Counted from the first letter of the stretch, positions 44,406 through 57,636 are shown. The stretch is DNA of 64,000 bases from Eledone cirrhosa (GCA_964016885.1 OZ024760.1:8804001-8868000); one strand, 5' to 3'. The notes: a model not told the origin generated them from the letters alone. Program-made: numbers and translations.

Positions 44406-45860
44406 TGTGGTGATGGTAGTGGTGTTAGTGGTGTCAGAGGTGATGGTAGTGGTGGTGTTGTTGGTGGTGGTGGTGTTGGTGGTGGTGTTAATGGTGGTGG
44501 GAGTGTTCCTAGTGGTGTCAATGTCAGTGGTGGTGGTGGTGTTAGTGGTGGTGGTGGTGGTGTCAGTGGTGGTGGTGGTGGTGTTAGTGGTGGTGGTGGT
44601 GGTGTCAGTGGTGGTGGTGGTGGTGTCAGTGGTGTCAGTGGTGGTGGTGGTGTTAGTGGTGGTGGTGGTGGTGTCAGTGGTGGTGGTGGTGGTGTTAGTG
44701 GTGGTGGTGGTGGTGTCAGTGGTGGTGGTGGTGGTGGTGGTGTCAGTGGTGGTGGTGGTGGTGTTAGTGGTGGTGGTGGTGGTGTTAGTGGTGGTGGTGG
44801 TGGTGTCAGTGGTGGTGGTGGTGGTGGTGGTGTTAGTGGTGGTGGTGGTGGTGTTAGTGGTGGTGGTGGTGGTGTCAGTGGTGGTGGTGGTGGTGGTTGA
44901 GTTACTGGTGTCAGTGGTGGTGGTGGTGTCAGTGGTGGTGGTGGTGGTGTCAGTGGTGGTGGTGGTGGTGTCAGTGGTGGTGGTGGTGGTGTCAGTGGTG
45001 GTGGTGGTGGTGGTGGTGTCAGTGGTGGTGGTGGTGGTGTCAGTGGTGGTGGTGGTGGTGGTGGTGTCAGTGGTGGTGGTGGTTGAGTTACTGGTGTCAG
45101 TGGTGGTGGTGGTGTTAGTGGTGGTGGTGGTGGTGTCAGTGGTGGTGGTGGTGGTGGTGGTGTCAGTGGTGGTGGTGGTGGTGGTGGTGTCAGTGGTGGT
45201 GGTGGTGGTGGTTGAGTTACTGGTGTCAGTGGTGGTGGTGGTGTCAGTGGTGGTGGTGGTGGTGGTGGTGTCAGTGGTGGTGGTGGTGGTGGTGGTGGTG
45301 TCAGTGGTGGTGGTGTTAGTGGTGGTGGTGTTAGTGGTGGTGGTGTTAGTGGTGGTGGTGTTAGTGGTGGTGTTAGTGGTGGTGGTGGTGTTAGTGGTGG
45401 TGGTGTTAGTGGTGGTGGTGGTGGTGGTGGTGGTGGTGGTGGTGGTGGTGGTGGTGGTGGTGTTAGTGGTGGTGGTGTTAGTGGTGGTGGTGTTAGTGGT
45501 GGTGGTGTTAGTGGTGGTGGTGGTGGTGGTGGTGGTGGTGGTGGTGGTGTTAGTTGTGTCAGTGGTGGTGGTGGTGTCAGTGGTGTCAGTGGTGGTGGTG
45601 TTAGTGGTGGTGGTGGTGGTGTCAGTGTCAGTGGTGGTGGTGTCAGTGGTGGTGGTGGTGGTGGTGTCAGTGGTGGTGGTGGTGTCAGTGGTGGTGGTGG
45701 TGGTGTCAGTGGTGGTGGTGGTGGTGTCAGTGGTGGTGGTGTCAGTGGTGGTGGTGGTGGTGTCAGTGGTGGTGGTGTTAGTTGTGTCAGTGGTGGTGGT
45801 GGTGGTGTCAGTGGTGGTGGTGGTGTCAGTGGTGGTGGTGGTGTCAGTGGGGGTGGTGGG
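44406..45860. repeat. (GGT)n repeat punctuated by GTCA/GTTA
   Basis: Seen directly; source of the poly-V/P/T ORFs. Confidence 0.96.
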
Positions 45861-46054
45861 GAAAAGTTCAGTTTCCTTCCCAAACAATAGAAGTGATCAG
45901 GTGGGGGAGGAGGGGAAGGTAGAGGTGACAACCAGATCAATAAACTTGGGGGGGGGCGTATTGTGTGGGGTGGCATGGGGTGGCGGGGGGGCGAATTGTG
46001 TGTGAGTGGGGGAGGGGCATTGTGTGTGTGTTTTGGTCGGTTATTTTGTGGGGT

Positions 46055-46219
<165 letters not shown>

Positions 46220-46454
46220 ATGTGTGTGTGAATGTGTGTATGAATGTATGTGTGTGTGTGTGTATCAATGTATGTGTGTGTGTGTGTATGAATGTGTGTG
46301 TGTGTGTATGAATGTGTGTGTGTGTGTATGAATGTGTGTGTGTGTGTGAATGTGTGAATGTGTGTGTGTAGTATAGCGTGTGTTGTCATGTAAACACACT
46401 TTAATAACTGCCACAGGCCTCACAGACCCATCAGCTGTAACACTTTATACAATG

Positions 46455-46910
46455 TACCACCTCTACTACCACCACTACTACCACCTCTACTACCACCACT
46501 ACTACCACCACTACTACTACACCTACCACCTCCACAACAACTACCACCTCTACTACTACTACCACCATTACAACTATCACCTCCACCACTACTACTACAA
46601 CCATTACAACTACCACTTCCACCACCACCACAACTACCACTTCCACCACCACCATTACCACCACCTCTACTACTACTACTACTACTATAACCATTACAAC
46701 TACCACCATTACAACTACCACCACCACCACCTCTACTACTACTACTACAACCATTACAACCACCACCATTACAACTACCACCACCTCTACTACTACAACC
46801 ATTACAACCACCACCATCACCACCACCTCTACTACTATAACCATTACAACCACCACCACAACAACTACTACACCCACCACCACCACTACAACCACAACAA
46901 CTACCACACA
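46455..46910. repeat. (CTA/CCA/CAA)n trinucleotide repeat
   Basis: Seen directly. Confidence 0.93.
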
Positions 46911-46944
46911 CGCCACTACATTGTATTGTCTCCTCCATCTGATG

Positions 46945-48050
46945 CTCGGGGTTAACTGCCTTTCATCCTTACGGGGTTGATAAAATGAAGTACCAGAATA
47001 TACTGGTTCGATTTAATCGACTTTCCCCTCCTCCTTATGCCTGTTATTAAATCTAGAGGATGGTAGATTGGCAATTTCGGTAGAGCCTCAGACAACATGC
47101 CTCATGGCATTGAGTTACGGCCCTTTACGTTCTGAGTTCAAATCCCGCTGAGGTTAGCTTTGCCTTTCACCCTTACGGGATCGATAAAATAAGGCACCAG
47201 TAATGAACTGGGGGTAATTGCTGGCCTTGTGCCTAAAGTAGAAACAATTATTACGGGGTCAGTAAAATAAAGTACCAGTAATGAACTGGGGTAATTGCTG
47301 GCCTTGTGCCTAAAGTAGAAACAATTATTACAGGGTCAGTAAAATAAAGTACCAGTAATGAACTGGGGTAATTGCTGGCCTTGTGCCTAAAGTAGAAACA
47401 ATTATTACAGGGTCAGTAAAATAAAGTACCAGTAATGCACTGGGTAATTGCTGGCCTTGTGCCTAAAGTAGAAACAATTATTAAATCTATCTTATGGTAA
47501 ACTTCAAGTGCCATCCTTACAGAAATCGATAAAATAACATACCAGTCATACACTGGGGTTCTATAGTCGCCTGTTTCTACCTGGAAATGTTTGGCTTTCT
47601 GCCAATGTGTGGGTGGATTTACAGACGAGGTAGAGTGATGGACTAAGTGTCTTGCAGTACATAACTGGGCCCTTTGTCGTTGGCAGTATGGGTAGAGGGT
47701 CGGACGACATGCTTTCCAGTAGAGTTGCGTCCCTTTACGATCTGAGTTCAAATCCCGGCGAGGTTAACTTTGCTTTTCATCCATACGGGGTCGATAAAAT
47801 AAAGTACCAGTAATGTACTGGGATAATTGCTGGCCTTGTGCCTAAAGTAGAAACAATTATTATTAGGGCCGTGGATTGGCAGTATCGGTAGAGGGTCGGA
47901 CGCCAAGCTTTGCCGTATAGAGTTACTGCCCTGAGTTCAAATCCCGCCGAGGTTAACTTTGCTTTTCATCCATACGGGGTCGATAAAATAAAGTACCAGT
48001 AATGTACTGGGTAATTGCTGGCCATGTGCCAAAGAGTAGAAACAATTATC
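46945..48050 (+). mobile_element. Head-to-tail cluster of SINE family 1 copies, including a ~79-bp tail repeated x4 (47190-47482)
   Basis: Repeated core and tail motifs, all on the plus strand. Confidence 0.87.
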
Positions 48051-48116
48051 TACGGTTGAACCTCACTGTAGTCGACTGTCTTCTCACCCTACCTGGGCCC
48101 AATAAAATACCAGTAA

Positions 48117-48304
48117 CAGGGGCGGTGGAAGCATTTCTGGAGGGCAGGGGGAAAAATTGGTCAATTTAGTTGTAATAAGCGATAAACATAACATGTACGT
48201 AAATTGCAGCTAATATAGAAATAGATGTGTTCTGGTAATTTGGGGCGAAAAATATAATTATTGGGGGGGTGGAGGATGGCCACCCTCCAGTTCCACCGTC
48301 CCTG
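48117..48304. mobile_element. MITE with CAGGGGCGGTGGAA/TTCCACCGTCCCTG TIRs
   Basis: 14-bp TIR with 1 mismatch and a 5-bp flanking duplication AGTAA; interrupts a SINE tail. Confidence 0.75.
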
Positions 48305-48421
48305 AGTAATGTACAAAAGTCGAGTTAATCCACTCTACACACGTTTTATAAATAGGACCCTCCTCACACTATTCAAACCCATTTATACAGCCTTTTTGAA
48401 ACAACGCTGAACTTATTAGAC

Positions 48422-48834
48422 CAGCGGGTCGCCAACCTTTCGGACCTCACGAACCCCTAAATTCATAATTTTATATCCCTAGGACCCACTAATAGGAATT
48501 TTTTTTTAAAAAGATAAATACATTTGTAAAATATTTGTTTCTACTTTTGGCACAAGGCCAGCAATTACCCCAGTGTATTACTGGTACTTTATTTTATCGA
48601 CCCCGTAAGGATGAACGGCAAAGTTAACCTCGGCGGGATTTGAACTCAGAATGGAAAGGGCCTTCCATTTTATTAATATGAAATGCACCTATTAAAACAT
48701 TTTTCGGGGTGTTATTTTTTTAACCGAATATTCTTTTGTTTTATTATTGATAAAACATCAAAATTGCAAATAATGCCCAAACTTATCTGCGGACCACCAA
48801 CATTTTCTCTCGGACCACTGTTTGACGGCCGCTG
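48422..48834. mobile_element. hAT-like MITE with nested SINE (48535-48665, minus)
   Basis: Ends cagcgggtcgccaac / gtttgacggccgctg and subterminal cggacc repeats. No clear 8-bp TSD. Confidence 0.6.
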
Positions 48835-48893
48835 CAGATCATATAGTCCCTAACACGACAGAATGGTTGTATTTAAACATAGCTTTAGTAAAT

Positions 48894-49112
48894 GAAGGCG
48901 TGTGGCTGAGTGGTTAGAGAATTGGATTCGCAATCGTAAGGTTGTGAGTTCGATTCCTGGACCAGGCGATGCGTTATGTCCTTGAGCAAGACACTTTATT
49001 TCACGTTGCTCCTTCTACCTGGAGTTGCGACCGATAGATAGTATTAGCAATTGGAAAGACCAACGGAAACACTCTTCCCTCGGTCCGATTTGACGAAAGT
49101 CGATCGTCTCCT
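48894..49112 (+). mobile_element. CORE-type SINE family 2 with TSD
   Basis: Flanked by ctttagtaaatgaag at ~48883 and ~49116. Confidence 0.88.
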
Positions 49113-50848
49113 TTCTTTAGTAAATGAAGTCAGAGAGCGGGGTACATACCCACAACCTATAAGAAGGGGCGAATTAAGCTGTTTACAATGGTCAAGGACC
49201 TGGGCCCTATTAATTCATGGTCGGCCCGTAAACTTTCACTACTACAGCCGACAGCCTGACCCAGCTACGGTATATTTGATTAAAATAAATTATCAAACAG
49301 AAAATTCAACAATGTAGAGTAATATGCATTGACTAAATCTCAGAGTACAGAGAACAGGGACAAAGGGCACACGGGAGGACTTTGGTTTGAGAGCAGAGAG
49401 TAGGGTAGACACAGAGGCCTCAATATACAGGGGAAGGACATTGATTTGAGAGCAGGGGTATAGTAATTCGATAAGTAGTATAAAACTAGTGTGTGTATGT
49501 ATGTATATATATATATACATACATACATACATATATACACACACAATCATATAGAGAGAGAATATATAGACTATAATATATATACAATGGGTGAGTGTAA
49601 GTGTGTGTAAGTGTGTGTGTGTAAGTGTGTGTGTGTGTAAGTGTGTGTGTGTAAGTGTGTGTGTGTAAGCGTGTGTGTGTAAGTGTGTGTGTGTGTGTAG
49701 TTACAACAGTGACAAACAGGTACTAAAGTTTCGTTGGATTCTGGACCCCAACTCATTCAGCCTGACACAAGAAAAAAAATAAAATAAAAGATATTTATAC
49801 ACACACATGTATATGTCACTTCTCAACATTCTCTCTCTCTCTAGAGAGAGAGAGCGAGAGAGCGAGAGAGAGAGAGAGAAAGGGTATATAGATTATATAT
49901 TTATGTCACATCTCAACATGAGAGAGACAGAGAGAGAGATTATATATAGTAATAATAATAATAAATGTGAAGACTAAAATCCAAAGAGGGCTCGATAAGG
50001 ATAAATATATATCAAATATATAAGAACCGTCGAGCAAATATTTATTAAAATAAAATAAAACTTTAATCTGTTATTTTAATAAATATTATATACGTTATAT
50101 AGTTTTAATATGTTCTTCCATCTCAAATTATTCATCTTTTTCACTTGTTTTATTTTCAAGGCCCAAAGATATGAGGAGACGGTCACTAGTGGAACGGCTG
50201 GTCTGTTAAGTGAGGTTTCAACTAATGTTAGCTAGGCTAAACAACAACACAGAACCAATTCAGTTAAGTGCTGGCAGTATTGCTTAAGTAAACTCAATGT
50301 TTTCCAGCCTTTCTTATGTTCTGAGTTCAAATCCTTTCCAGGCTAACTATGCTTTTTATTTTTTCCGGGCGTCCTTGCAATAAAGTACCAGTAATGAACT
50401 GAGGGTCGATTGAACTTTGCTTGCCTTTTTTTTTTATTTTTCCGGGCGTCCTTGCAATAAAGTACCAGTAATGAACTGAGGGTCGATTGAACTTTGCTTG
50501 CCTTTTTTTAATTTTTCTGGGCGTCCTTGCAATAAAGTACCAGTAATGAACTGGGGTCAATTGAACTTTGCTTGCCTTTTTTAAATTTTTCCGGGCGTCC
50601 TTGCAATAAAGTACCAGTAGCACACTGGGGGAGATCGATTTAACCGACTCTCCTCTGGCTTTGGGCTAAAAGTAGGAACAATTATTTTTACACAAATCTA
50701 AGAAATTTCTTCTTTGAATAGGGGCCTAGACCGCAACCCTTTATTTTTGTATAACTATTTTGTCCCACTCCACCTAACCCGCATCACACACGTTTACCCT
50801 ACACCCCGCCAGCCCAACATTTTCCGACACCTCATCCACCCCGCTCAA

Positions 50849-51118
50849 TTATAAACGTTTCATGTCAGACTTGTCTGGAAGAATTAACGATGTATAGATG
50901 TCAGAAATGGGTAAAACAATGTCTTCAGAACACGGTAGAGGTTTTACAGAATCAATATCGTTTGAAATCAATTTACCTGCAAAGTAATTAAGAAGGAGGA
51001 GAAGAAAAAGAAAGCTAAGAAGAATGAAAGAAATTCTTACCTGTGTAATGTATGGTGTATAGCATCACCTTTGAAACTAGCCAGGTATTTCACGAGTCCT
51101 TTGTAAATATCACACATA
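50849..51118 (-). other. Candidate two-exon fragment with 64-bp GT-AG intron (50977-51040); possible NACHT/NLR-upstream-like peptide
   Basis: cag|GTAAGA donor, pyrimidine tract, TTTGCAG| acceptor. The downstream frame reads KLISNDIDSVKPLPCSEDIVLPISDIYTSLILPDK. Upstream frame continuity is unclear. Confidence 0.3.
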
Positions 51119-51555
51119 GGTAGATTGATATATATATATACACATATATATATATATAAAGTTACTAGTACTGGGTATAAATACCTCTATCTCCTTTAAA
51201 CGCGCGTGTATATATATATTTGACACACGTATAACTATGTTTTTATATGCGTATAACTATACGCGCAACAGGCGGTATATCTCTCTATATATATATACAC
51301 AACTCTGTATATATATATTTAAAAACACTTTCACATATGTATATATGTATATATATATACATATATACACAATATTCACATTAACCAGTATAAATCAATT
51401 TTTTTTTTAAATATTCCTGTGCTTTTTGTTTTTCTTCTAAAGTTTGTCGTTTTGGTAAGTAATTTCCCCTCTCTGTCGTTCAACCGGTTTCTTCTCACTT
51501 TCTTGGTCTTAGTATTTCACTAAATGATGTTAAACTAATTATGTATACACTGTAG

Positions 51556-51587
<32 letters not shown>

Positions 51588-51887
51588 ATATATACACAAT
51601 ATATACACGAATGTATGTAATCGTTAAAACGAAATATCCAGTCTGAAGTTAATTGTCCTACAAAAGTGATTTCCTTGTTTGTAAGACACAGGGCAAGTGG
51701 TATGGTACGTATAGAAATATATATTGCTTGTGTGTGCGCGCATGTATATATTTATATTATTATGTTTGTGTGCGTTCAATATTTACGTATATGTATAACA
51801 TATATTGTATATTATACATACATCTACATTTATCTTCCGTGTTTAGTTTCTATATTCATATATCTATCTGTACGTACACACGTACCA

Positions 51888-51936
<49 letters not shown>

Positions 51937-52230
51937 AAGTGTGTATGTATGTGTGTTGGATAAATAAGAGTGTATATATACACACACATATATATATATA
52001 TATATATGTGTGTGTGCGTTGGATAAATAAGAGAGTGTGTGTATATATATTATATATATACACACACAGAAGCTGTTTAGCGCTGGTATTTCACGCTGTT
52101 TGTAGTTTAAAGTTGGAGGCGACCAGCTCTCGAGAATTCTGCCTCACATCAACAACAACTTGATACAAACACTATTACCTCCCCTTCTCCTCTAGCTACT
52201 CTTCTTTTCTCTCACTTTATTAGATCAAAT

Positions 52231-52665
52231 GCCCCGCTCTCTTTCTCTTTCTCTTCTACTCTGTGTTTCTCTCTTTCTCTCTTTATCATCACCCTCTCTT
52301 TTTCTTTAACTCTCTCTCTCCGTGCCTGCTTTCTCTCTCTGTATCTATCTTTATCCTCCACACTCTCTCTTTTGCCCCGCTCTCTTTCTTTTCTACTCTG
52401 TGCTTCTTTTGTTTCTCTCTTTCTCTCTTTATCATCACCCTCTCTTTTTCTTTAACTCTCTCTCTCCGTGCCTGCTTTCTCTCTCTCTATCTATCTTTAT
52501 CCCCCACACTCTCTCTTTTGCCCCGCTCTCTTTCTTTTCTACTCTGTGCTTCTTTTGTTTCTCTCTTTCTCTCTTTATCATCACCCTCTCTTTTTCTTTA
52601 ACTCTCTCTCTCCGTGCCTGCTCTCTCTCTCTCTATCTATCTATCTTTATCCCCCACACTCTCTC
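52231..52665. repeat. ~147-bp pyrimidine-rich tandem triplication
   Basis: gccccgctctctttc...tttatcatcaccctctc...ccgtgcctgct occurs three times. Confidence 0.88.
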
Positions 52666-53058
52666 TTCATCTCTCTTTCTCTTTCTTCCTCTCTATCTTT
52701 CTATCTTCTCCTTTAAACTTCTCTATATTATAACCTTATGTATGGCAAGTCTCTTCTTCTTCTTCCACATTCGCTCTCTCTATCTTTCCTCTTTCTCTTC
52801 TTTCAATGTTTTCTGTCTTCCTTCTTTTCCTCTTTCTCCCCCCACCCTCTCTCTCTCTATCTATCTATCTCTTCCTCAGTCACTCTCTCTGTTTCTCTCT
52901 CCCTCTCTCCCGCTTCCAGGTGACACTGCCTCTTTACATTCTCTTAAGTTTCTTCACTACTCGCTCTTTCTCACTTCACCCCCCTCTCTTTCTCTATCTA
53001 TCTATCTCTCCCGCTCTATATTCTCCTTAATCTATCTATCTATCTATCTATCTATCTA

Positions 53059-53895
53059 TACGAGATTGAGAGGACTGAGGACAGATGCCTTTCTCTCCGG
53101 ACAACAATTGATTCCCTTCTTTAAGTATCACTTTAGAAGGAGAATCAGAGTGGAGAGAGAGGCACTGCACCCCAGTAAATTTACTGAAAGGTGGGTGAAT
53201 GAAGCGAGAATGGCCCGAGTGATTGGGCCTTCTCTGTTTATAAGCCTGTAGGTTGAGGAAGAGAGCAAAAGGAAGAAAGGAGCACTTGCACAACACGCTC
53301 CTGGAAGTGAGGGTTGTTCTATCGACAGGGTATTAAACCATTTGTGGCGCCTCCCCCACCCCCTGTTGGGGATTTCGATTGTTGTAATTGTTTGTTTTTA
53401 TATGTTTTACACGACTGTATATAAAATCCCCGGCATGTCTTTGTATTGTCCTCCTTTCTTGTGCGCCCTTGTGGCAAATAAAGAAATATATCTATCTATC
53501 TATCTATCTATCTGATTCTTTTTTTCAAATTCCACTTTGGAAGAAGAATCAGGATGGAGAGAGAGGTGCTGTACCGCAGCAAGTTTTATGAAAGGTGGGT
53601 GAAAGTGGCGAGAATGGCCCGAGTAAATGGGCCTTCTCTCTATATCAGCCTGTAGGTTGAGGAAAAGGAGGAGGAGAGGAAAGGAGTACAAACTCTTCGT
53701 ACTCCTGGAGATGAGGGTTGCACATTTTTTCGGGGGTATGTGTTACCCATATGAACTCTCTCCCTCTATTGGGGAAAATCGACTAACTTTTTAAATTGCA
53801 TTTGTGATAATATTTTACACGTTTTTATTGTATGTAAACTTCCCCCTTTGTATTTGTCCCCTTCTTTTGTGCCCCTGTGGCTAATAAAGAAACAT
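53059..53895 (+). mobile_element. Two diverged, tandem Tx1/L1-like LINE 3' ends embedded in (TATC)n
   Basis: ORF end FFKYHFRRRIRVEREALHPSKFTERWVNEARMARV..SL* is repeated in diverged form. Each copy ends aataaagaaa and is bounded by (TATC)n. Confidence 0.65.
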
Positions 53896-54019
53896 ATCTA
53901 TCTATCTATCTATCTATCTATCTGTCTATCTATCTGATACAACCGGTCGCAACTCCTGGCAGGATATATATTTATATATCATCATCTAGTCAAGCTTGCT
54001 CAGACATATATATATATAT

Positions 54020-54437
54020 AGCGAGGGAAAAGTGGTAAGGAACCAGGTGGACCATAACGCACCAAAGTACTCAATACTTAGGGTAGTAGAGTGGGTAATA
54101 GGAGTAAGTAAGACCCCGACGGCTGAGCTCAAGCCGTTTCGACGGCTAATTCAGTACAGAATTAGCCGTCGAAACGGCTTGAGCTCAGCCGTCGGGGTCT
54201 TACTTACTCCTATATATATATATATGTATATATATATGTATATATATGTAAATACATATATGGAAAATTCGGGACCCTGACAGCTAGATCCGAACTCAGA
54301 GTTCGGATCTAGCTGTTGAAACGGCAGGAGCTCAGCCGTCGGGGTCCCGAATTTTTCATATTACCCACTCTACTACCCAAGTATCGAGTACTCTCGTGAG
54401 TAATGGTCAAACAGGTTTTTACCGCTTCCATTCTGAT
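54020..54437. mobile_element. Family A fold-back copy (54020-54212) and a diverged relative (54259-54437)
   Basis: Second copy: gggaccctgacagctagatccgaactc-a-gagttcggatctagctgtt-GAAA-cggcaggagctcagccg-TC-ggggtccc, plus the ACTC..GAGTAC hairpin. Confidence 0.8.
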
Positions 54438-54457
54438 ATATATATATATATGTGTGT

Positions 54458-54554
<97 letters not shown>

Positions 54555-54707
54555 ATTACCACAGCAGAGATCCGACGAGCTTTTGATCCAGAGTTGGGCC
54601 AGATCGATACAGATCGAACCTTGAGCTCATCAATAGCGAAACGCGCGTCACCACTCAATAAACGTAATGAAGACATAACAAATCGTATTTTTATTATCAC
54701 ACACACG

Positions 54708-54740
<33 letters not shown>

Positions 54741-55129
54741 GTGTGTGTGGGGGGAGGAGTCACTTTTTCAGTGCAAGACTAATTACGACCCTAATTACTT
54801 GTGTGGGTGAAGTTAGGGGTCTGTCGTCTTCTCTGCAAGGTTATGTCCTGGAGAAGGGGCCCAGGTTCCACGTGTGTGTGCATGTGTGTGTGTGGTGGGG
54901 TCTCTCATCTTCTCTGCAAGACTATGCTCTGAAGAAGGACCCCCCCAGATCAGACGTGTGTGTGTGGGCGGTGTGGGGGTGGGCGGTCTCATCTTCTCTG
55001 CAAGACTATGCCCTGGAGAAGGACCCCCAGGTCAGACGAGTATGTGGGGTCTCGTCTTACCTGCAAGACGTGTGTGAAAAGTTGAGAGTGGGGGAAGGGG
55101 GGTCACTTCTTCTTTGAAATATAATGGAA

Positions 55130-55380
55130 TATTTCTCACTGGCTGCACTAATCCCGGCTCTGCTGCACTTCGGGCCGAGGAGGGTAAACTCTCCAAATAC
55201 CGGTCGCCCTCCAACAGGTTTTCAGTCGAGCCCGTGACAGTGGAGACTTCTGATGCCCTTGGCCCTAGAGGCAGCTCCTTGCTCACCACCATCGACGCAG
55301 AGTTCGCTAACCGCAGATGTGAGTCGCATCGCGACCTGGAATGGCTCTTCCAGCGTGTCTCCCTCACCACCATGCTTTTG
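55130..55380 (+). mobile_element. CRE-clade-like non-LTR retrotransposon RLE C-terminal fragment
   Basis: GSAALRAEEGKLSKY...FSVEPVTVETSDALGP...WLFQRVSL resembles the AA..AE..K..KY...PIAVETLG...LFQRLS pattern. Confidence 0.7.
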
Positions 55381-55789
55381 CAACATGGAGTCATGGCCCT
55401 TGCCGTTCTGAGATGAAATACCGTTGATGTTAGCTTTGCCTTCCATACTTACGGGGTCAATAAAATAAAGCACCAGTAATTCACTGGGGTCAATTTAATC
55501 GACTTTCTTCCTCCCCTAAAATTGCTGTCCTTGTGCCTATAGTAGAATTCATTATTGTTGTTGTTGTCTATTTCATTATAGATCCTTTTATAAGATCGCT
55601 TCATGGGTTTTTCCCCTCTGGTTCCCATTTCCCTTAACCTCATCCATCAACATCCGGGACAGCCAACGCGTGGGACCCCATTTGCTCACAAAAGTAAGGG
55701 ATAGGGAGAGCGGGAAAGACGGAGGCAGTGACAGTGGGGGAGCTTGGTTCTTTTGCGTTCGGACTTGGTGTATAATATGTGAATATAAG

Positions 55790-56580
55790 AGATAACTGTT
55801 TCTACTTTTGGCACAAGGCCAGCAATTATCCCAGTGCATTACTGGTACTTTATTTTATCGACCTCGTAAGGATGAAAGGCAAAGTTAACCTCGGCGGGAT
55901 TTGAACTCAGGGCAGTAACTCTATACGGCAAAGCTTGGCGTCCGACCCTCTACCGATACTGCCAATCCACCGCCCTAATAATAATTGTTTCTACTTTAGG
56001 CACAAGGCCAGCAAATACAGTGCATTACTGGTACTTTATTTTATCGACCCCGTAAGGATGAAAGCCAAAGTTAACCTCGACGGGATTTGAACTCATACCG
56101 TAAAGGGCCGTGACTCTATGCTGCAAAGCATGGCGTCCAATGTTCTCCCGATACTGCCAATCCACCGCCATTGTATCTAAGAGATAATTGTGTCTACTTT
56201 AGGCACAAGGCCAGCAATTACCTCCCCAGTGCATTACTGGTACTTTATTTTATCGACCCCGGAAGGATGAAAGGCAAAGTTAACCTCGGCGGGATTTGAA
56301 CTCAGAATGGAAAGGGCCGTAACTCTATGCGACAAAGCATGGCGTCCGACCCTCAACCGATTATAAATAATTGTGTCTACTTTAGGCACAAGGCCAGCAA
56401 TTACGCCCCAGTGCATTACTGGCACTTTATTTTATCGACCCCGTAAGGATGAAAGGCAAAGTTAACCTCGGCGGGATTTGAACTCAGACCGTAAAGGGCC
56501 GTGACTCTATGCTGCAAAGCATGGCGTCCAATGTTCTCCCGATACTGCCAATCCACCGCCATTGTATCTAAGAGATAATG
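55790..56580 (-). mobile_element. Tandem array of ~4 SINE family 1 copies
   Basis: Head-to-tail copies on the minus strand; includes duplicated units. Confidence 0.88.
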
Positions 56581-56744
56581 ATTTTATTTTCTGTGAGAAT
56601 TATTTGTGATATTAGATCTAATTTGATTTCTAATGTAGAAATTATACAGTCTAACTGTTATTAATCCAGTTGAGCAGATATCAATTAGATTGACAACATC
56701 AAGGAACATGGTCGCGAATATATTACTTATAACAGTATGTTAGA

Positions 56745-57450
56745 GAGGGGCAGAGGGATGGCTTAGAGTGAGATGGGGGAGAGGGATGGCTTAGAGTGAG
56801 ATGGGGGGAGAGGGATGGCTTAGAGTGAGAAGGGGGGAGAGAGAGATGGCTTAGAGTGAAAGAGAGAGAGAGAGATGGCTTAGAGTGAAAGGGAGAGAGA
56901 GAGAGATGGCTTAGAGTGAAAGGGAGAGAGAAAGATGGGTTAGAGTGAGAGGGGGGAGATTACTTAGAGTGAGAAGGGGGGGGGGGCTTAGAGTGAGAGA
57001 GAGAGATGGCTTAGAGTGAGAAGGGGGAGAGAGATGGCTTAGAGTGAGAGGGGGAGATGACTTAGATTGAGAAGGGGGGAGAGAGATGGCTTAGAGTGAA
57101 AGGGAGAGAGAGAGAGATGGCTTAGAGTGAGAAGGAGGGGAGAGAGATGACTTAGAGTGAGAGGTGGGGATTGCTTAGAGTGAGAAGGGGGGAGAGAGAT
57201 GACTTAGAGTGAGAGGGTGGATTGCTTAGAGTGAGAAGGGCAATGAGAGAGATGGCTTGGAGTGAGAAGGGGAGAGAGAGAAAGAGAGACATGGCTTGGA
57301 ATGAGAGGAAGGAGAGAGAGATGGAGAGAGAGAAGGGAGAGAGAGATGGCTTAGAGTGAGAGGGGGAGATGGCTTAGAGTGAGAGGGGCGAGATGGCTTA
57401 GAGTGAGAAGGGGAAGAGAGAGGAAGAGAAAGATGGCTTAGAGTGAGAAG
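56745..57450. repeat. Purine-rich minisatellite (gagatggcttagagtgagaaggg)n
   Basis: Seen directly. Confidence 0.9.
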
Positions 57451-57636
57451 GTGAGAGAGAGAGAGAGACGACAAGCCGTTCTCGGAGGAAGAGGGGGGAG
57501 GAGAGATAAAGTGATATGGGAGACTAGTTAGAGATTTGTGGAGCTGTTTGTCTGTGAGTGGCAGGAATCAGTGAAACATGAATTGGAAGATTTTTAGTTA
57601 CATGGGAATAGAACATTCTCTTATATTCTGGTTAGA

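Noticed and set aside
44281-46005. Poly-V, poly-P, poly-T and Gly-rich ORFs resembling extensin or mucin
   Set aside because: (GGT)n repeat is open in several frames, with no splice or domain context.
50161-50209. Possible plus-strand micro-exon (AQRYEETVTSGTAGLL)
   Set aside because: Only a plausible acceptor and a weak donor, with no recognisable protein similarity.
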